The position numbers and the translations under genes are program-made. A stretch of DNA of 64,000 nt, from assembly GCF_006345805.1 (NCBI RefSeq), contig NC_042998.1, forward strand, positions 154,690,001 to 154,754,000. The letters run 5' to 3'. The stretch comes from Octopus sinensis. Taxonomy: Eukaryota. Below, piece by piece: positions 1 to 14,219 of the stretch (position 1 is the stretch's first letter; each line of letters opens with the position of its first letter). The notes beneath the pieces were generated by a model. It was not told the DNA's origin and searched no databases. It saw only the letters and a list, made by a program, of their open reading frames with translations.

Positions 1-44
1 AGATGGTGGCATTATTCCTATGTATGACAGAAACTGCACTAGTT

Positions 45-3000
45 AAATATATAGATTTTCATGCATAGATAGGTATAAAAATTTATATATGTATAAATAT
101 ATAGGTATGAAAATCCATGAAAGTACAAAATCATATATATATATATATATGTAGGTATAAAAACTATTTATGTAGGAAAACTGTATATGTGGGAAAATCT
201 GTGTGAAAATCTACGTAAGTCAACGTATGTACGACAATTTCATACATAGATTTTCATGCATCTAGAAATTTTCATACATCGAATTTCATATTATGATAAA
301 TATCGACATACAACCATTTTGATGACTAGATCTTTATACATGCATACATTTCCATACATTGTCATATATTTGCATTCTTTCATACATAGGTATCAAAAAT
401 CTATGTATGAAAATCTCGGTATGAAAATTCATGTCGTATAAAAATCTAGATATACAATTTAATGTAAATCTATGTATAAAAACGTATGCATATAAATGTA
501 TACATTGTCTTAAAATCTTGTCTATGTATATATGAAAAATCTATGTATGAATGTCAAGGCATCAAAATCTAGATACGTAAGAAAATCTGTGTGAAAATCT
601 ACGTAAGTCAACGTATGTATGACAATTTCATACATATTTTCATGCATCCATAAATTTTTATACATCAAATTTCATATTTAAATACATATATGTACATACA
701 TTCTCATACATTGATCCTTATACATTTTCATAATTAGATTTCATACATTAATTTTCATACGTTTTCAGATCTTTTATATATATTGTTACCGAACGGACGG
801 AATCACCCGTCGTCGTCTGTCCCGAACGGCTCACACATGTTCCGCCACGGAACCCAAAGAGGCGGAGAGAGGAGATACAGATAGATACTGCCACAACCTC
901 AACAGAACAGAGATACAGAGGCACATACCGAGATACAACCCAAAGAGGCAAGGCAACAACTGGCAACACTGGCTTATATTCAACCAATAGTTAATACAAC
1001 AATTACAATTGTTACAACATCAAGATACATCAAAGCATGTACGTGACTACTCAATACATAATACAACAGCATTTCAAGAGTACAACAGTTCTTTAAAGTC
1101 TCTTCCTAAACATCACAATCAACAAGTCCTTCTCCTCCTTCACAATGTCCTTTATCGACCACATCGACAGAGTCCTTGACTGTTCTTTTCAATGTTCAAT
1201 ACACCGTGACACATATCAATGCACAAACACATACCTCAATTCTGCCAGTGTCCCATTCCTCTCAATACTGCTAATGCCTCTGTATAAAAACTATATATGT
1301 AGGAAAACTGTATATGTAGTGTGAAAATCTACATAAGTATATAAATCTGTATATCAAATGAATGTATGTATAAAAATTTATCTAGATTTTAAAATCTGAA
1401 AATCTATATAAACCTAGGTATAAAAGTCAATTTATGCATGACAACTTTCATACATAGATTTTCATGCATCCAGAAATTTTATATGTATTTTATATGTATG
1501 AAAACTATATATGTAGGTATAAAAACTATATATGTAGGAAAATCTAAGTGTCAAAATCTATATGTATAAAAATCTATCTAGATTTTAAAATTTGAAAATC
1601 TATGGAAATCTACGTCAATGGAAACTTTCATACATAGATTTTCATTCATACAGAAATATTCATACATTGATTTTCCTATTTTCATAGCTAGATTCCATAC
1701 CTGAATTTTCATGCGTTTGCATAGGTAGACTTTTATAACTATCAAAGTATAAAAATCTTTGAAAGTACAAAAATCAATGTATGAAAATCTATACATGAAA
1801 GAAAATCTATTTATATTTAAAAATCTATATATAAAAATCTACGTAATTCTGAAAATCTCCGTATAAAAATCTATGTATAAAAATCTAGGTATGAAAATTC
1901 GTCGTATAAAAATCTAGATATACAACTAATATTAAATCTATGTATAAAAACGTATGCATAAAAATGTATACATGTATATAAGAAAATAATTGTCTAAAAA
2001 TCTTGTCGATGTATATATGAAAATCTATGTATGAATATCAAGGTATCAAAATCTAGATATGTAGGAAAATCTACGTGTGAAAATCTACGAAAGATAAAGT
2101 TATGTCTGAAAATTTCATACATAGATTTTCATGCATCCATAAATTTTATACATCAAATTTCATATTTAAATACATATATGTACATACATTCTCATACCTT
2201 GATCCTTATAAATTGTCATAACTAGATTTCATACATTGATTTTCATACGTTTTCATAGATTTTAATACATATATAGATTTTCATACATAGGTATAAAAAT
2301 TCATATGTGTATAAATATCTAGGTATGAAAATCCATGAAAGCACAAAATCATATTTATGTATAAAAATCTAAGCATGAAAATCTATTTATCTTTCAAAAT
2401 CTATATATGTATGAAAACTATATATGTATAAAAGCTATAAATGCAGGAAAATCTAAGTGTGAAAATCTACATAAGTATAAAAATCTGTATATCAAATGAA
2501 TGTATGTATAAAAATTTATCTAGATTTTAAAATCTGAATTTCTATGTAAACCTAGGTATAAAAGTCAATTTATGCATAACTTTCATACATAGATTTTCAT
2601 GCATATATAAATTTTCATACATCGATTTTCATATTTAGATACATATCTACATACAATCATTTTCATGCCTAGATCTTTATACATGCATAAAATTGCATAT
2701 ATTTGCATACTTCCATTCATACATAGATAGGTATAAAAATTTATATATAGTATGAAAATCCTTGAAAGTACAAAATCATATATATAGATATATGTAGGTA
2801 TAAAAACTATATATGTAGGAAAATTGTATATGTAGGAAAATCAAAGTGTGAAAATCTACATACGTATAAAAATCTGTATATCAAATGAATGTATGTAAAA
2901 AAATTTTTCTAGATTTTTAAATCTGAAAATCTATGTAAACCTACGTATAAAAGTCAATTTATGCATGAAAACTTTCATACATAGATTTTCATGCATCCAG

Positions 3001-5510
3001 AAATTTTCATACATCGATTTTCATATCTAAATACTACCATTTTCATGCCTAGATCTTTATACATGCATACATTTCCATACATTGTCATATATTTGCATAC
3101 TTTCATACATACATAGATAGGTGTAAAAATCTATTTATAATAATCTAGGTATGAAAATTCGTCGTATAAAAATCTAGATATACAACTAATATTAAATCTA
3201 TGTATGCATAAAAATCTATACATGTATAAAAAATAATTGTCTTAAAATCTTGTCTATGTATACATGAAAATCTATCAAGGTATCAAAATCTAGATATGTA
3301 GGAAAATCTGCGTGTGAAAATCTACGAAAGTTAAAGTTATATTTGAAAATTTCATACATAGATTTTCATGCATCCATAAATTTTTATACATCAATTTAAA
3401 TACATATATGTACATAAATTCTCATACCTTGATCCTTATTGTGATAACTAGATTTCATATATTGATTTTCATACGTTTTCATAGATTTTTATACATATAT
3501 AGATTTTCATACATAGATAGGTATAAAAATTTGTGTATAAATACCTAGGTATGAAAATCTATAAAAGTACAAAATTATATATATATATATGTATGAAAAC
3601 TATATATGTATATATATGAAAACTATATATGTATGAAAACTATATAAGTATAAAAACTAAATATGCAGGAAAATCTAAGCGTGAAAATCTACATAAGTAT
3701 AAAAATCTGTATATCAAATGAATGTATGTATAAAAATTTATCTAGATTTTAAAATCTGAAAATCTAAGTAAACCTACGTATAAAAGTCAATTTATGCATG
3801 ACATCTTTCATACATAGATTTTCATGCATCCAGAAATTTTCATACATCGATTTTCATATTTAGATACATATGTATGAAATCTAGTTATGACAATGTATAA
3901 GGCTCAAGGTATTAGAATGTATGTACATATAGGTATTTAAATATGAAATTTGATGTATAAAAATTTATGGATGCATGAGAATCTATGTATGAAAGATGTC
4001 ATGCATAAATTGACTTTTATACGTAGGTTTACGTAGGTTTTCAGGACTAGATCTTTATACATGCATACATTGTCATATATTTGCATACTTTCATACATAC
4101 ATAGATAGGTATAAAAATCTATGTATTATAATGAAAATTCATGTTGTATAAAAAATCTAGATATACAATTTAATGTACAATCTATGTATAAAAACGTATG
4201 CATAAAAATCTATACATGTATATAAGAAAAAAATTGTCTTAAAATGTTGTCTATGTATGAATATCAAGTTATAAAAATCTAGATATGTAGGAAAATCTGC
4301 GTGTAAAAATCTACGTGTCAACGTATGCATAACAATTTCATACATAGATTTTCATGCATCCATAAATTTTTATACATCAAATTTCATATTTAAATACCTA
4401 TATGTACATACATTCTCATACCTTGAGCCTTATACATTGTCATAACTAGATTTCATAGATAAATTTTCATACGTTTTCATAGATTTTTATAAATATGTAG
4501 ATTTTGATACATAGATAGGTATAAAAATTTATATATGTATATAAGGTATGAAAATCCATGAAAGTACAAAATCATATCTATGTATGAAAATCTATTTACG
4601 TTTCAAAACCCATATATAAAAATCGATATATGTATGAAAACTATACATGTAGGAAAACTGTATATGTAGGAAAATCTCTGTGAAAATCTACATAAATATA
4701 AAAATCTGTGTATCAAATGTATAAAAAATCTATCTAGATTTTAAAATCTGAAAATCTATATAAACTTCAATTTATGCATGACGACTTTCATATACAGATT
4801 TTCATGCATCCCGAAATTTGCAGACATCGATTTTCATATTTAAATACATATCTACATACATTTTCATACATTGTCATAGCTAGATTTCATACCAGAATTT
4901 TCATACGTTTGCATCGGTAGATTTTTATAATTATCAAAGTACAAAAATGCATGAAAGTACCAAAATCTATATATGAAAATCATACATACATGAATGAATA
5001 TTTATGTTTAAAATCTATATATAAAAATCTACGTATTTCTGAAAGTCTACGTATGTACGTATAAAAATCTACGTATAAAACTGTATGTATGATAATTTTA
5101 CTACATCGATTGCCATACAGTTTTATAGCTTCACCTTCATATATTTTCATAAATATATTCTATAGATAAATTTCCGTTTTCATACACAAATTATACAACA
5201 AATATACATACATAGGCATAAAAATATAAGTATTAAAATCCATGAAAGTACAAAAATCTATGTATGAACATCATACATACATGAATGAAAATGTATTTAT
5301 ATTTAAAAATCTATATATGTAAATATATACAAAAATTTATGTATGTATGACAATTTTCATACATAGATCTTCATCTGTGTATGTATAAAATTTAATGTAT
5401 AAAAATCTGTGTATAAAAGTTTTTAACATTTTCATACATCCATAGATTTCATACCTAAATAATCATACATATTTGCATGCATATTTGCATACATACATCT
5501 ATGTGCGCAT
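45..5510. repeat. AT-rich complex satellite with alternating-polarity GTATGAAAATCTA / TAGATTTTCATAC motifs
   Basis: Dense degenerate motif copies. The landmark aaaattc(at)gtcgtataaaaatctagatatacaa recurs near 424, 1893, 3153 and 4134. Confidence 0.9.
784..1280. mobile_element. Truncated LTR fragment, same family as the solo LTR at 61706-62758 (opposite orientation)
   Basis: Begins TGTTAC after atat. Shares colinear motifs (acggaatc, gccacggaac, cagaggcaca, tggctta, aattgttacaacatcaa) with the reverse complement of ~62100-62758. Confidence 0.7.
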
Positions 5511-5626
5511 GTATTCAAATTGAATAAGGAGTACATTTTGCAGCCTTATCTTTACTAAAATCCAGGAACTTAATTCTCCAACAAAATGCACAGCGAAGTT
5601 TTCGACAAACGCTCACGAGGACCCCA

Positions 5627-5660
<34 letters not shown>

Positions 5661-5779
5661 TATATGTTGCAATTAAGGACAACTACTTAATAAGGAAAAC
5701 TTAACAAGAAATTGTCAGGTAGATAGCGTAAAAACCTCATAAGAGAAAAAATTTCGAAAAAAATTATTTCTTATTGAAC

Positions 5780-6036
5780 ATATTAATTTATATATAGAGG
5801 GCATAATTATACATACATGCCAGGAGGCATTATATATACCTGCCAAACGCTAAGAGGGACAATCAGTCATTTCTACCAAAAATATTACTAATCCCACCGA
5901 ATGCAATAATTGCATTCGGTGGGATTAGTAATATTTTTGGTAGAAATGACTGATTGTCCCTCTTAGCGTTTGGCAGGTATATATAATGCCTCCTGGCATG
6001 TATGTATAATTATGCCCTCTATATATATATTAATAT
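5780..6036. repeat. Near-perfect palindrome, 119 bp perfect arms, 1 nt spacer
   Basis: Centre gaatgcaat-a-attgcattc at 5908. 5789-5907 is the reverse complement of 5909-6027. Confidence 0.97.
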
Positions 6037-6051
6037 ATGTATATATATATG

Positions 6052-6082
<31 letters not shown>

Positions 6083-6172
6083 GTATATATGTATATATAT
6101 ATGTATATATATATATATAATATACGTATATATATATATATAATATATGTAATATATGTATATATATTTATG

Positions 6173-6206
<34 letters not shown>

Positions 6207-6239
6207 ATATATGTATATATATATATATAATATATGTAA

Positions 6240-6277
<38 letters not shown>

Positions 6278-6385
6278 TATATTTATATATGTATATATGT
6301 ATATATGTATATATATATGTATATATATTTATATAATATATGTAATATATGTATATATATTTACGTATATATATATATATATGTA

Positions 6386-6441
<56 letters not shown>

Positions 6442-6500
6442 TATATATGTATAAATGTTTATATATATATAGATGTTTATGTATATATATACATATATAT
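6020..6500. repeat. (TA)n-rich microsatellite
   Basis: Direct reading. Duplicate at ~22855-23335. Confidence 0.95.
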
Positions 6501-6509
6501 GGAAAAAAT

Positions 6510-7410
6510 TTTGGCGGCAATAGTGTTCAACTGCAACGAGTCTCGACATACTGAAGGTGGAAAGGTCGAGAGAAGTAGAGTGGTAGGGTCGTGTTGTGCA
6601 GGCTTTGGTTCACATAACAATGCCGGACATGTATAGCATCCAAGATGAGCTCGTGTTCCCCGATGAGACACGCCTCGGAGTCGTGGTGTATGGAGACCCC
6701 CAGTGTGCTGCAAATGCAAACTTGGAGGCCACATTAAGTCTGTCTGTACGCTGACAGAACCACAATAGAGAACGAGAGCACCGTAGTTTCTTGTTTCTAT
6801 CTTTGTCTCTCTTTCTGAGGTGTGGTTTCTGCTTTCCTTTTTTTCACAGTGATTTTTGACCTCCCCTTCTCTTTCTCCTTTTCTTCGCCGCTTGTCGTTT
6901 CTGTTGCTCCTTTGGTTCCTGTCGATTCTGTAGTGTTTGCTTTAGGGTTTAGGTTTTTTACTTTTTCTGACGGTGCTGCTTACTGCGGCCTAGGTTGTCA
7001 CTCCGCTCTCACGTCCTTTGTCCTGAACCTCATCTCAACCGTTCCGAATTTTCTGCCTTTAGACAATTCTTGATTCTTTTTCATCGACTCTATAAATGGT
7101 TTTCATCGTCGTAGTATACGTTATGTAAATTATCATTCTTTTATCTACTTCCTCTGTCCTCTGGTATTACTTTCACTTCATTACCCTCCTTTATCAAACA
7201 TGCTGCATATTTTTGTAGGTGGCTTTTTTCGGTGTTAATTTTTTTATTTTTTGCCCGCAACTTCTGCGAATTTCGCTGGGGCTTCTGTTTTCAGCGTCAC
7301 TGCCGGTGATCTTTCTTCACCTGATAAAGGTATACAGCAGATAGGAGTATCCATTTTCGGATGTGGCTCATCAAGCCTTTCACTTGGCTTTTACAAAAAA
7401 ATCTGCCTTA
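6510..7410 (-). mobile_element. Degenerate Tx1/L1-like LINE remnant (ORF1 N-terminus joined to a putative 3' end)
   Basis: Minus-strand peptide ELSKGRKFGTVEMRFRTKD resembles LARGINFGTVVVQFKNES at ~63.0-63.1 kb (RRM-like ORF1 motif). Contains stops. The 3' side abuts (TA)n. Confidence 0.55.
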
Positions 7411-9720
7411 GCAAGCCTTTTGTATGTATTTTCAAATTGTTCCACAATAATTGTTTCATACATACGATTTTCATACATACGTAGATTTTCTTACATAGAT
7501 TTTTAAACATAAATAGATTTTTATTCATCTATATATGATTTTCATACCTAGATTTTTATACCTATTTATGCATCGTTGTTGTAAATGTTAAAATTTACGT
7601 ATCGCTGTATTCTTAAAATTTAAGAAAATGTATGTATGAAAATGCATAAAAATCTATCAATAAAAACGTATAGAAATTTATGTATCAAATCTAGTTATGA
7701 AATGTATAAAGATCATGGTATGAAAATGTATATAACTTTTCATGTATTCTATACATGCCAGAAAAATCATGTATTAAAATTGTCATACATACATTTTTAA
7801 ACGAAGATTTCCATACATACATCGACTTTTCAAACCTGGATTTTCATATTGTATACGTAGATTTTCAAACGTAGATTTCATACATACATAGATTTAATAT
7901 ATAGATTTTTATACTTACGTAGATTTTCATAACTAGATTTTCCTCTACATCTAGATTTTTATACGTACATATTGATACATACATAAGAATGTCTACGAAA
8001 ATATGTTTGAAAATATAATTGTGAAAATGTATGTATGTATAAAAATGCTTGAAAATCTATGTACATAAATTGTCATACATAAAATTTTTTACATAACATT
8101 CATAGATTTATGTATGTATAAAAATCTATGAATGAAAATCTTTGTAGCAAAATTAATGTATAAAATGTAGATATGAAGTCTATGTATACATGCAGATTTT
8201 CATACATACGTTGAATTTTATACATACATCGATGAAAATCTAGGTATTAAAATGTACGTATGAATATTTAGGTATGCATGTATGTATTAAAATCAATGTA
8301 TAAAAATCGATGTATGTAAATCTATGGTCATACATACATTGATTTTCATACATAGATTTTCAGACAAACAGATTTTTTAGATGTATAATATTTATATATG
8401 ACAGTCTATGCATACATACAGATTTTTATACATTGAATTTTATACATACATAGACGAAAATTTATGTATAAGAATGTATGTATAAAATTCGATGTTTGAA
8501 AATCGATGTATGAACATTGTTATATATACATTGATTTTTCATACACAGATTTATACATTTTTATATATACATTGATTTTCATACGTACATAAATTCTGAT
8601 ACGTAGATTTTCATACATATATTTTCATACATACACTTTATACAACTATAGATTTTCATACATTTATCATGAAACATAAATGGATTTTTATTTATTGATT
8701 TTCATACAGATTTTTATGCAGATTTTCATACAGATTCCTACCTAGATTTTCATACCTTTATATATTTTCATACATATATAGATTTTTAGGTTCATTCTTT
8801 TGGTGTCGAACGGTGACTGCAAGGCGGCGACCACCAAGCATCTTACCAAAATTCATATGCTTCGATTTTCATACATATTACATTTTCATACATACATATA
8901 TTTTCAGAGGTTCATAAATTCATTGAATTTCATACATACATTGGTTTTCGAGCATAGATTTTCATACGTAGAAGATTTATGTATGAAAATCTAGATATAT
9001 ATAAAAATCTTTACCTGAAAACGTATGGAAATTAATGTATAAAAATCTTTATATGCATCCAAATCTATGTAGGAAATAGAAAGATTCTTATACATTCCTC
9101 TGTTTTCATTCATAGATTTTAATACCTAAATTTTAATACATGTAAAGATTTTATATATGTATGTTTGAAAATCAATGTCTTAAAAATTGTCATACATACC
9201 TAGATTTCAAACATACCTGGATTTTCTGTTATTTTTATACGTAGATTTTCATACGTTGAATTTTATACATAAATTTTCATAATTACGTAGTCTTTTATTT
9301 CTAGATTTTCATACGTAGATTTTTAGACATTGATTTTCATGCATACATTGATTTTTATACATATATTTGTTTTTATGCGTACAGATTTTAATAAATAGAA
9401 TTTATTACTTTCATTGATAAAAATCTAGGTATGTATGAATATTTATGTATGAATATGTATGAATATGTATGTATGAATATTTAGCTTTGAAATCTACGTT
9501 TGAAAATTGACATACATTGCTTTTCAGATTTTCACCTGTGTATGAAATTCAACGTATGGAAATCTATGTATGTATGAAAATCAATGAGATTATGACAATT
9601 TTCATACAATTTTCAAGCATCCATAAATCTATCTATTTCTATATGGAAATCAATGAATTTATGACAATTTTTATACATAGATTTTTCAAGCATCCCTAAA
9701 TTTTCATACATCGATTTTTG
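7410..9720. repeat. AT-rich complex satellite (same family, more degenerate)
   Basis: Same motifs on both strands. Duplicated at ~24220-26530. Confidence 0.85.
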
Positions 9721-9769
9721 TACATACATCTTTAAGAGTTACTTCCCTTGTATACTTATATATATATAT

Positions 9770-10050
9770 ATATATACACACACGTTTGTATATCTGTTTA
9801 ACCCCCGAATATCGCATCACAACCGACGCTGGTGTGTTCACGTCCCCGTAACTGATGGGTTCAATAAAACAAGCCGATAGATTAAGTACTATGCCTACAA
9901 AGAATAGGTTTTGGTCGACTGGAGCACGGCCGCAGTGAAATAACGGAAAATAGTAAAAAATTGTATCTTCTGTAAGGGAGATAACTAAAGAAAACATCGT
10001 TCGGCAAGATAGCTGAGACATCGGGGGATAAACATATATATATATATCTT

Positions 10051-10099
<49 letters not shown>

Positions 10100-10270
10100 A
10101 TATATATATATAAAGATAAGGGAAGTAACTCTAAAAGAAATTTTTTAGTAATCTCCCTTAAATTAAAATTAAAGAATAGGGTCTGTGATGGCCGCAGTGA
10201 AATAACTGAAGACGTTAAAAAATTGTATCTTCTGTTGATGACAAATTTAAGGGAGATAACTAAAAAATAT
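9770..10270 (+). mobile_element. Headless SINE 3'-domain copies with palindromic linkers
   Basis: gtgtgttcacgtccccgtaact...gatagattaagtact...ggccgcagtgaaataac matches the reverse complement of the SINE at 59238-59430. Confidence 0.75.
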
Positions 10271-10294
10271 CTTCTAGAGTCACTTATATGCACA

Positions 10295-13200
10295 CACGTG
10301 CACGTACACGCGACCGATCCTTTCAGTCGCCGGAAGTCTATATATAGACAATATAGCCGGAAGACTATATTGAGGCCTAGCAGTCGGCAGGTGGATGTCT
10401 CCGGGATCGTTCGGGAAGATAGCTGAGACGTCAGCCAAAGACGAACTCAGCCCGGCGGGTAGCCGCCGCCTTCACGCTGCCTTGCTTTCACCGTTCTATT
10501 TCGCGCCGCATTGTGCCAGCGGCAGGCTGCGCCATGCACCCGGTGCTCCGCCGCGCTACCGTGCCGGATATCGAAAGAACGAACCTAAGCTAACGGTATC
10601 CCCCACGTACGCGAGGACGTAGCCGCGAACGATGCCGGATCTCTGTCATCAAATACACGCGGTCAATACAGCGACGTGGTCCGTCCCGAATATTCCCAAA
10701 AGATAACAACTACGGCTAGTATAGGTAGAGCCCGACAGTGGCAGGGTTTGCGGAGTCGCCCCGAGCTTCGCTGCGCTACCATGCCCGACCTATTAAGAAC
10801 GAATCAAAGCTCGAGGTGTCGCCCACGTACCATGCCCGATATCGAAAGGTACATGCGGTCGATACAGTGACGTGGTCCATCCCGTAAATTCCCGATGCCG
10901 TCAGTCACCGGGCATGTACCGGGTAAATACAACGACGTGGTTCGACCCGTAAGTTAGAAAAATCAGACTATATTGAGGTCTAGGTGGATGTCTCCGGCAT
11001 CGTGCGTCAAGATGCCTTACACGTCATCCTAAGACGCCGTCAGCCCGGCGGGTTACCACCTTCTTCACGCCATCTTGCTTTCACGTTTCGACTAATCGCT
11101 GCAGCGCCGCCAGCGGCAGGCCTGTTCTGGTCGCCCGTTATTCCGCCGCGTTACCGTGCCCGATATCGAAAGAACAAACCTAAGCTCGCGTGATCGCCCA
11201 CGTACACTTGGATGTAGCCGCGATTGTTGCCGAAAGGCTGTCACGAGATAAAGGCGGTTGATACAGCGACGTGTTCCTTCGCGTAAATTCCCGAAAGATG
11301 GCAACGACGGCTTGTATATGTAGGGGCAGCCTGCGGCTGGCTTGCGCCAGTCACCCGTTGATCCGCCGCGCTACCGTGCCCGATATCGAAAGAACGAACC
11401 TAAGGTATTGGTATCGCCCACGCACACGTGGACGTACCCGCGAGAGATATCGGAAGGCTGTCACGAGATACATGCGGTTGATACAGCGAAGTGGTCCGTC
11501 CCGTAAATTCCCGAAAATGACAACTGCGGCTAGTATAGGTAGGGGTCGCCATTCGCCCGGACCTACGCATCGTTACCGTGCCCGATCTAGTAAGACCGAA
11601 TCGAAGCTCGCAGTATCACAAACGTACACGTGGACAGATCCCTTCAGTCGACGGGAGTCTATGGCGATATGCACCGGGTAAATACAACGATGTGGTCCAA
11701 CCCGTAAGTCAACGGAAACAGACCCGTGACCTTACGGGTCGGCCCACGGTGGATAGTCACGCTCCAGGTGACCGTCGCACCCCAAGGGTGTCCAGACTAT
11801 ATTCATTGCTAGCAGTCGGCAGGTGGATGTCTCCGGCATCGTTCGTCAAGATGCCCGACACGTCAGCCTAAGACGCCATCAGCCTGTCGGGTGGCCGCCG
11901 CCTTCACGGCATCTTGCTTTCACCTTTCAACTACGCGATTCGGCAGATGACAACTGCGGCTTTCTTTCCCTGTTCGACGACGCGCCGCGGGCTCGCCAGC
12001 GGCAGGCCTTCGCCGGTCGCCCGTTGCTCCGCCGCGCTACCGTGCCAAATATCGAAAGCACGAACCGAAACTCGCGGTATCGCCCACGTGCGCGTGGACG
12101 TAGCCGCGACCGATGCCGGAACTCTGTCACGAGATAAAAGCGGTCGATACAGCGACGTGCTCCTTAGACTAAATTCCCGAAAGATGACAACTGCGGTTAG
12201 TATTTCTAAGAGCCGACGGCGGCAGGCCTGCACAAGTCGCTCGGAGCTTCGCCGCGTTACCGTCCCCGATATAGAAAGAACGAATCGAAGGTAGCGCTGT
12301 TGCCCACGTACACGTGGACGTAGCTGTCAGTCGCCGGGAATCTGTGGCGATATGCACCTGGTAAATACAACGACGTGGACCGACCCGTAAGTTAACGGAA
12401 ACAGATCCGTTAGCTGACGGGTCGGCCAACGCTGGATAGTCACGCTCTAGGTGACCGTCGCGCTCCAAGGGGGTCCAGACTACATTGAGGCCTAGCATTC
12501 GACAGGTGGATGTCTCCGGGCTCGTTCGGCAAGATAGCTGAGACGTCAGCCTATGACGCCGTCAGTCCGGCGGGTGGCCGCCGCCTTCACGCCAATTTGC
12601 TTTCACCTTTCTTTCCCTGTTCGCAGCGGCAGGGCTGCGCCGGTCGCCCGTTGCTCCATCACGCAACCGTGCCCGATATCGGAAGAATGAACCTAAGCAA
12701 GCGGTATCGCCCACGTACGCTTGGACGTAGCCGCGACCGATGCCGGATCTCTGTCACGGAATACACGCGAGGTGCATAGCGCAACAGACTCAGGGCGACT
12801 GACGGGATCGGTTGCGGCTACGTCCACGTGTACGTGAGCGATACCGCTAGCTTCGATTCCTTCTTTCTATATCGGGCACGGTAGCACGGCGGAGCTCCGG
12901 GCGACTGGCGGAGGCCTGGCGTATGCCTGGCGCAGGCCTTGCGTAGGCCTGTCGCAAGCCTCTACCTATACTAGCCGAATAGTCGAACAGGGAAAACATG
13001 GCGCAAACCCACCTCTGGCGCCCCCTACCTATACTACCACCGCCTACACGCTGCCGTGCGTTCACCGATCGAATACGCGCAGGGGGGTCCCAAGCGGCAG
13101 GCCTGCGCCGGTCGCCCCTTGCTCCGGCGCACTACCGTGCCCGATATCGAAAGATACAAGCGGTCGATACAGTGACGTGGTCCGTCCCGTAAATTCCCGA

Positions 13201-13295
13201 AAGATAACAAATGCGGCTCTTATAGGTAGGGGGTGACAGCGGCAGGCCTGCGCCAGTCGCCCGGAGCTCCGCCTCGTTAGCGTGCATGATCTAGT
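10295..13295 (+). repeat. GC-rich tandem repeat array, rDNA intergenic-spacer-like
   Basis: Same unit as the repeats flanking the 28S fragment. Landmark agactatattgagg near 10364, 10968, 11798 and 12478. Confidence 0.85.
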
Positions 13296-13459
13296 ATTTT
13301 ATATATATATATATATTATATATATATATTTATATATATATATTATATATATATATTTTATATATATATATTATATATATATATTTTATATATATTATAT
13401 ATATATATTTCATATATATATATATTATATATATATATTTTATATATATATTATATATA

Positions 13460-13504
<45 letters not shown>

Positions 13505-13840
13505 ATATATATATTATATATATATATATTATATATATATTTTATATATATATATATATTATATATATATATTTATATATATATATTTTATATATATATA
13601 TATTATATATATATATTTTATATATATATTATATATATATATTTTATATATATATGTATTATATATATTTTATATATATATGTATTATATATATATATTT
13701 TATATATATATGTATTATATATATATATTTTATATATATATGTAATATATATATATATTTTATATATATGTAATATATATATATTTTATATATATATATA
13801 TATTATATATATATATATTTTATATATATATATATATAAA
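13296..13840. repeat. (TA)n/(TTTTATA) microsatellite at the duplication breakpoint
   Basis: Direct reading. Confidence 0.95.
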
Positions 13841-14025
13841 GGAAGTTATTTAGATGTTTTTTAGTTATCTCCCTTAAATTTGTCATCAACAGGCAGCTTC
13901 TGGGGTCTATTTGGTTGACTGGAAATAACTGAAAATAGTAAAAAAAATTGTATAAAAGAATTGTATCGTCTCTTGACGAGGGAGTTTACTAAAAAAAACA
14001 TCTATATTTATATATATAGAATTAC

Positions 14026-14095
14026 ATAAATGTGAAACAAGGTGGAAAAAAGAGTACTCAAATACCATATGCTTTGTTTTAAGCAGCAGAAATAT
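14026..14095. repeat. Dispersed repeat end (aaatgtgaaacaaggtggaaaa...)
   Basis: A related copy lies at ~26930-27050. Unclassified, possibly Penelope-associated. Confidence 0.5.
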
Positions 14096-14219
14096 ATTCG
14101 TATGTGAATGTATTTATGATCATTATTAGCATTTTCAAAGAAAGTTTAACTTTTCACTATTAGCATTTTGAAAGCAAGTTACCTTGGTTTCTAAGTGCTA
14201 AAAATTAAAATTTACAAAC

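Larger units (their letters stand above)
1..13295 (+). repeat. Copy 1 of ~17 kb direct duplication (left end runs off window)
   Basis: Position 1 (agatggtggcattattcc) recurs at 16863. ORF-track peptides repeat at offsets of ~16.8-17.9 kb. Homology ends at gatctagta (13295 vs 31238). Confidence 0.95.

Noticed and set aside
5790-6026. Palindrome as a miRNA precursor or coding exon
   Set aside because: The stem is far longer and more perfect than a pre-miRNA, and the short open frames have no recognisable motif.
6002-6636. Ile/Tyr-rich ORFs (also ~13282-13773, 22836-23446 and most ORFs at 41.5-48.4, 52.5-54.2 and 56.8-57.8 kb)
   Set aside because: Translations of (TA)n, (CATA)n and (CA)n microsatellites, with no coding signal.
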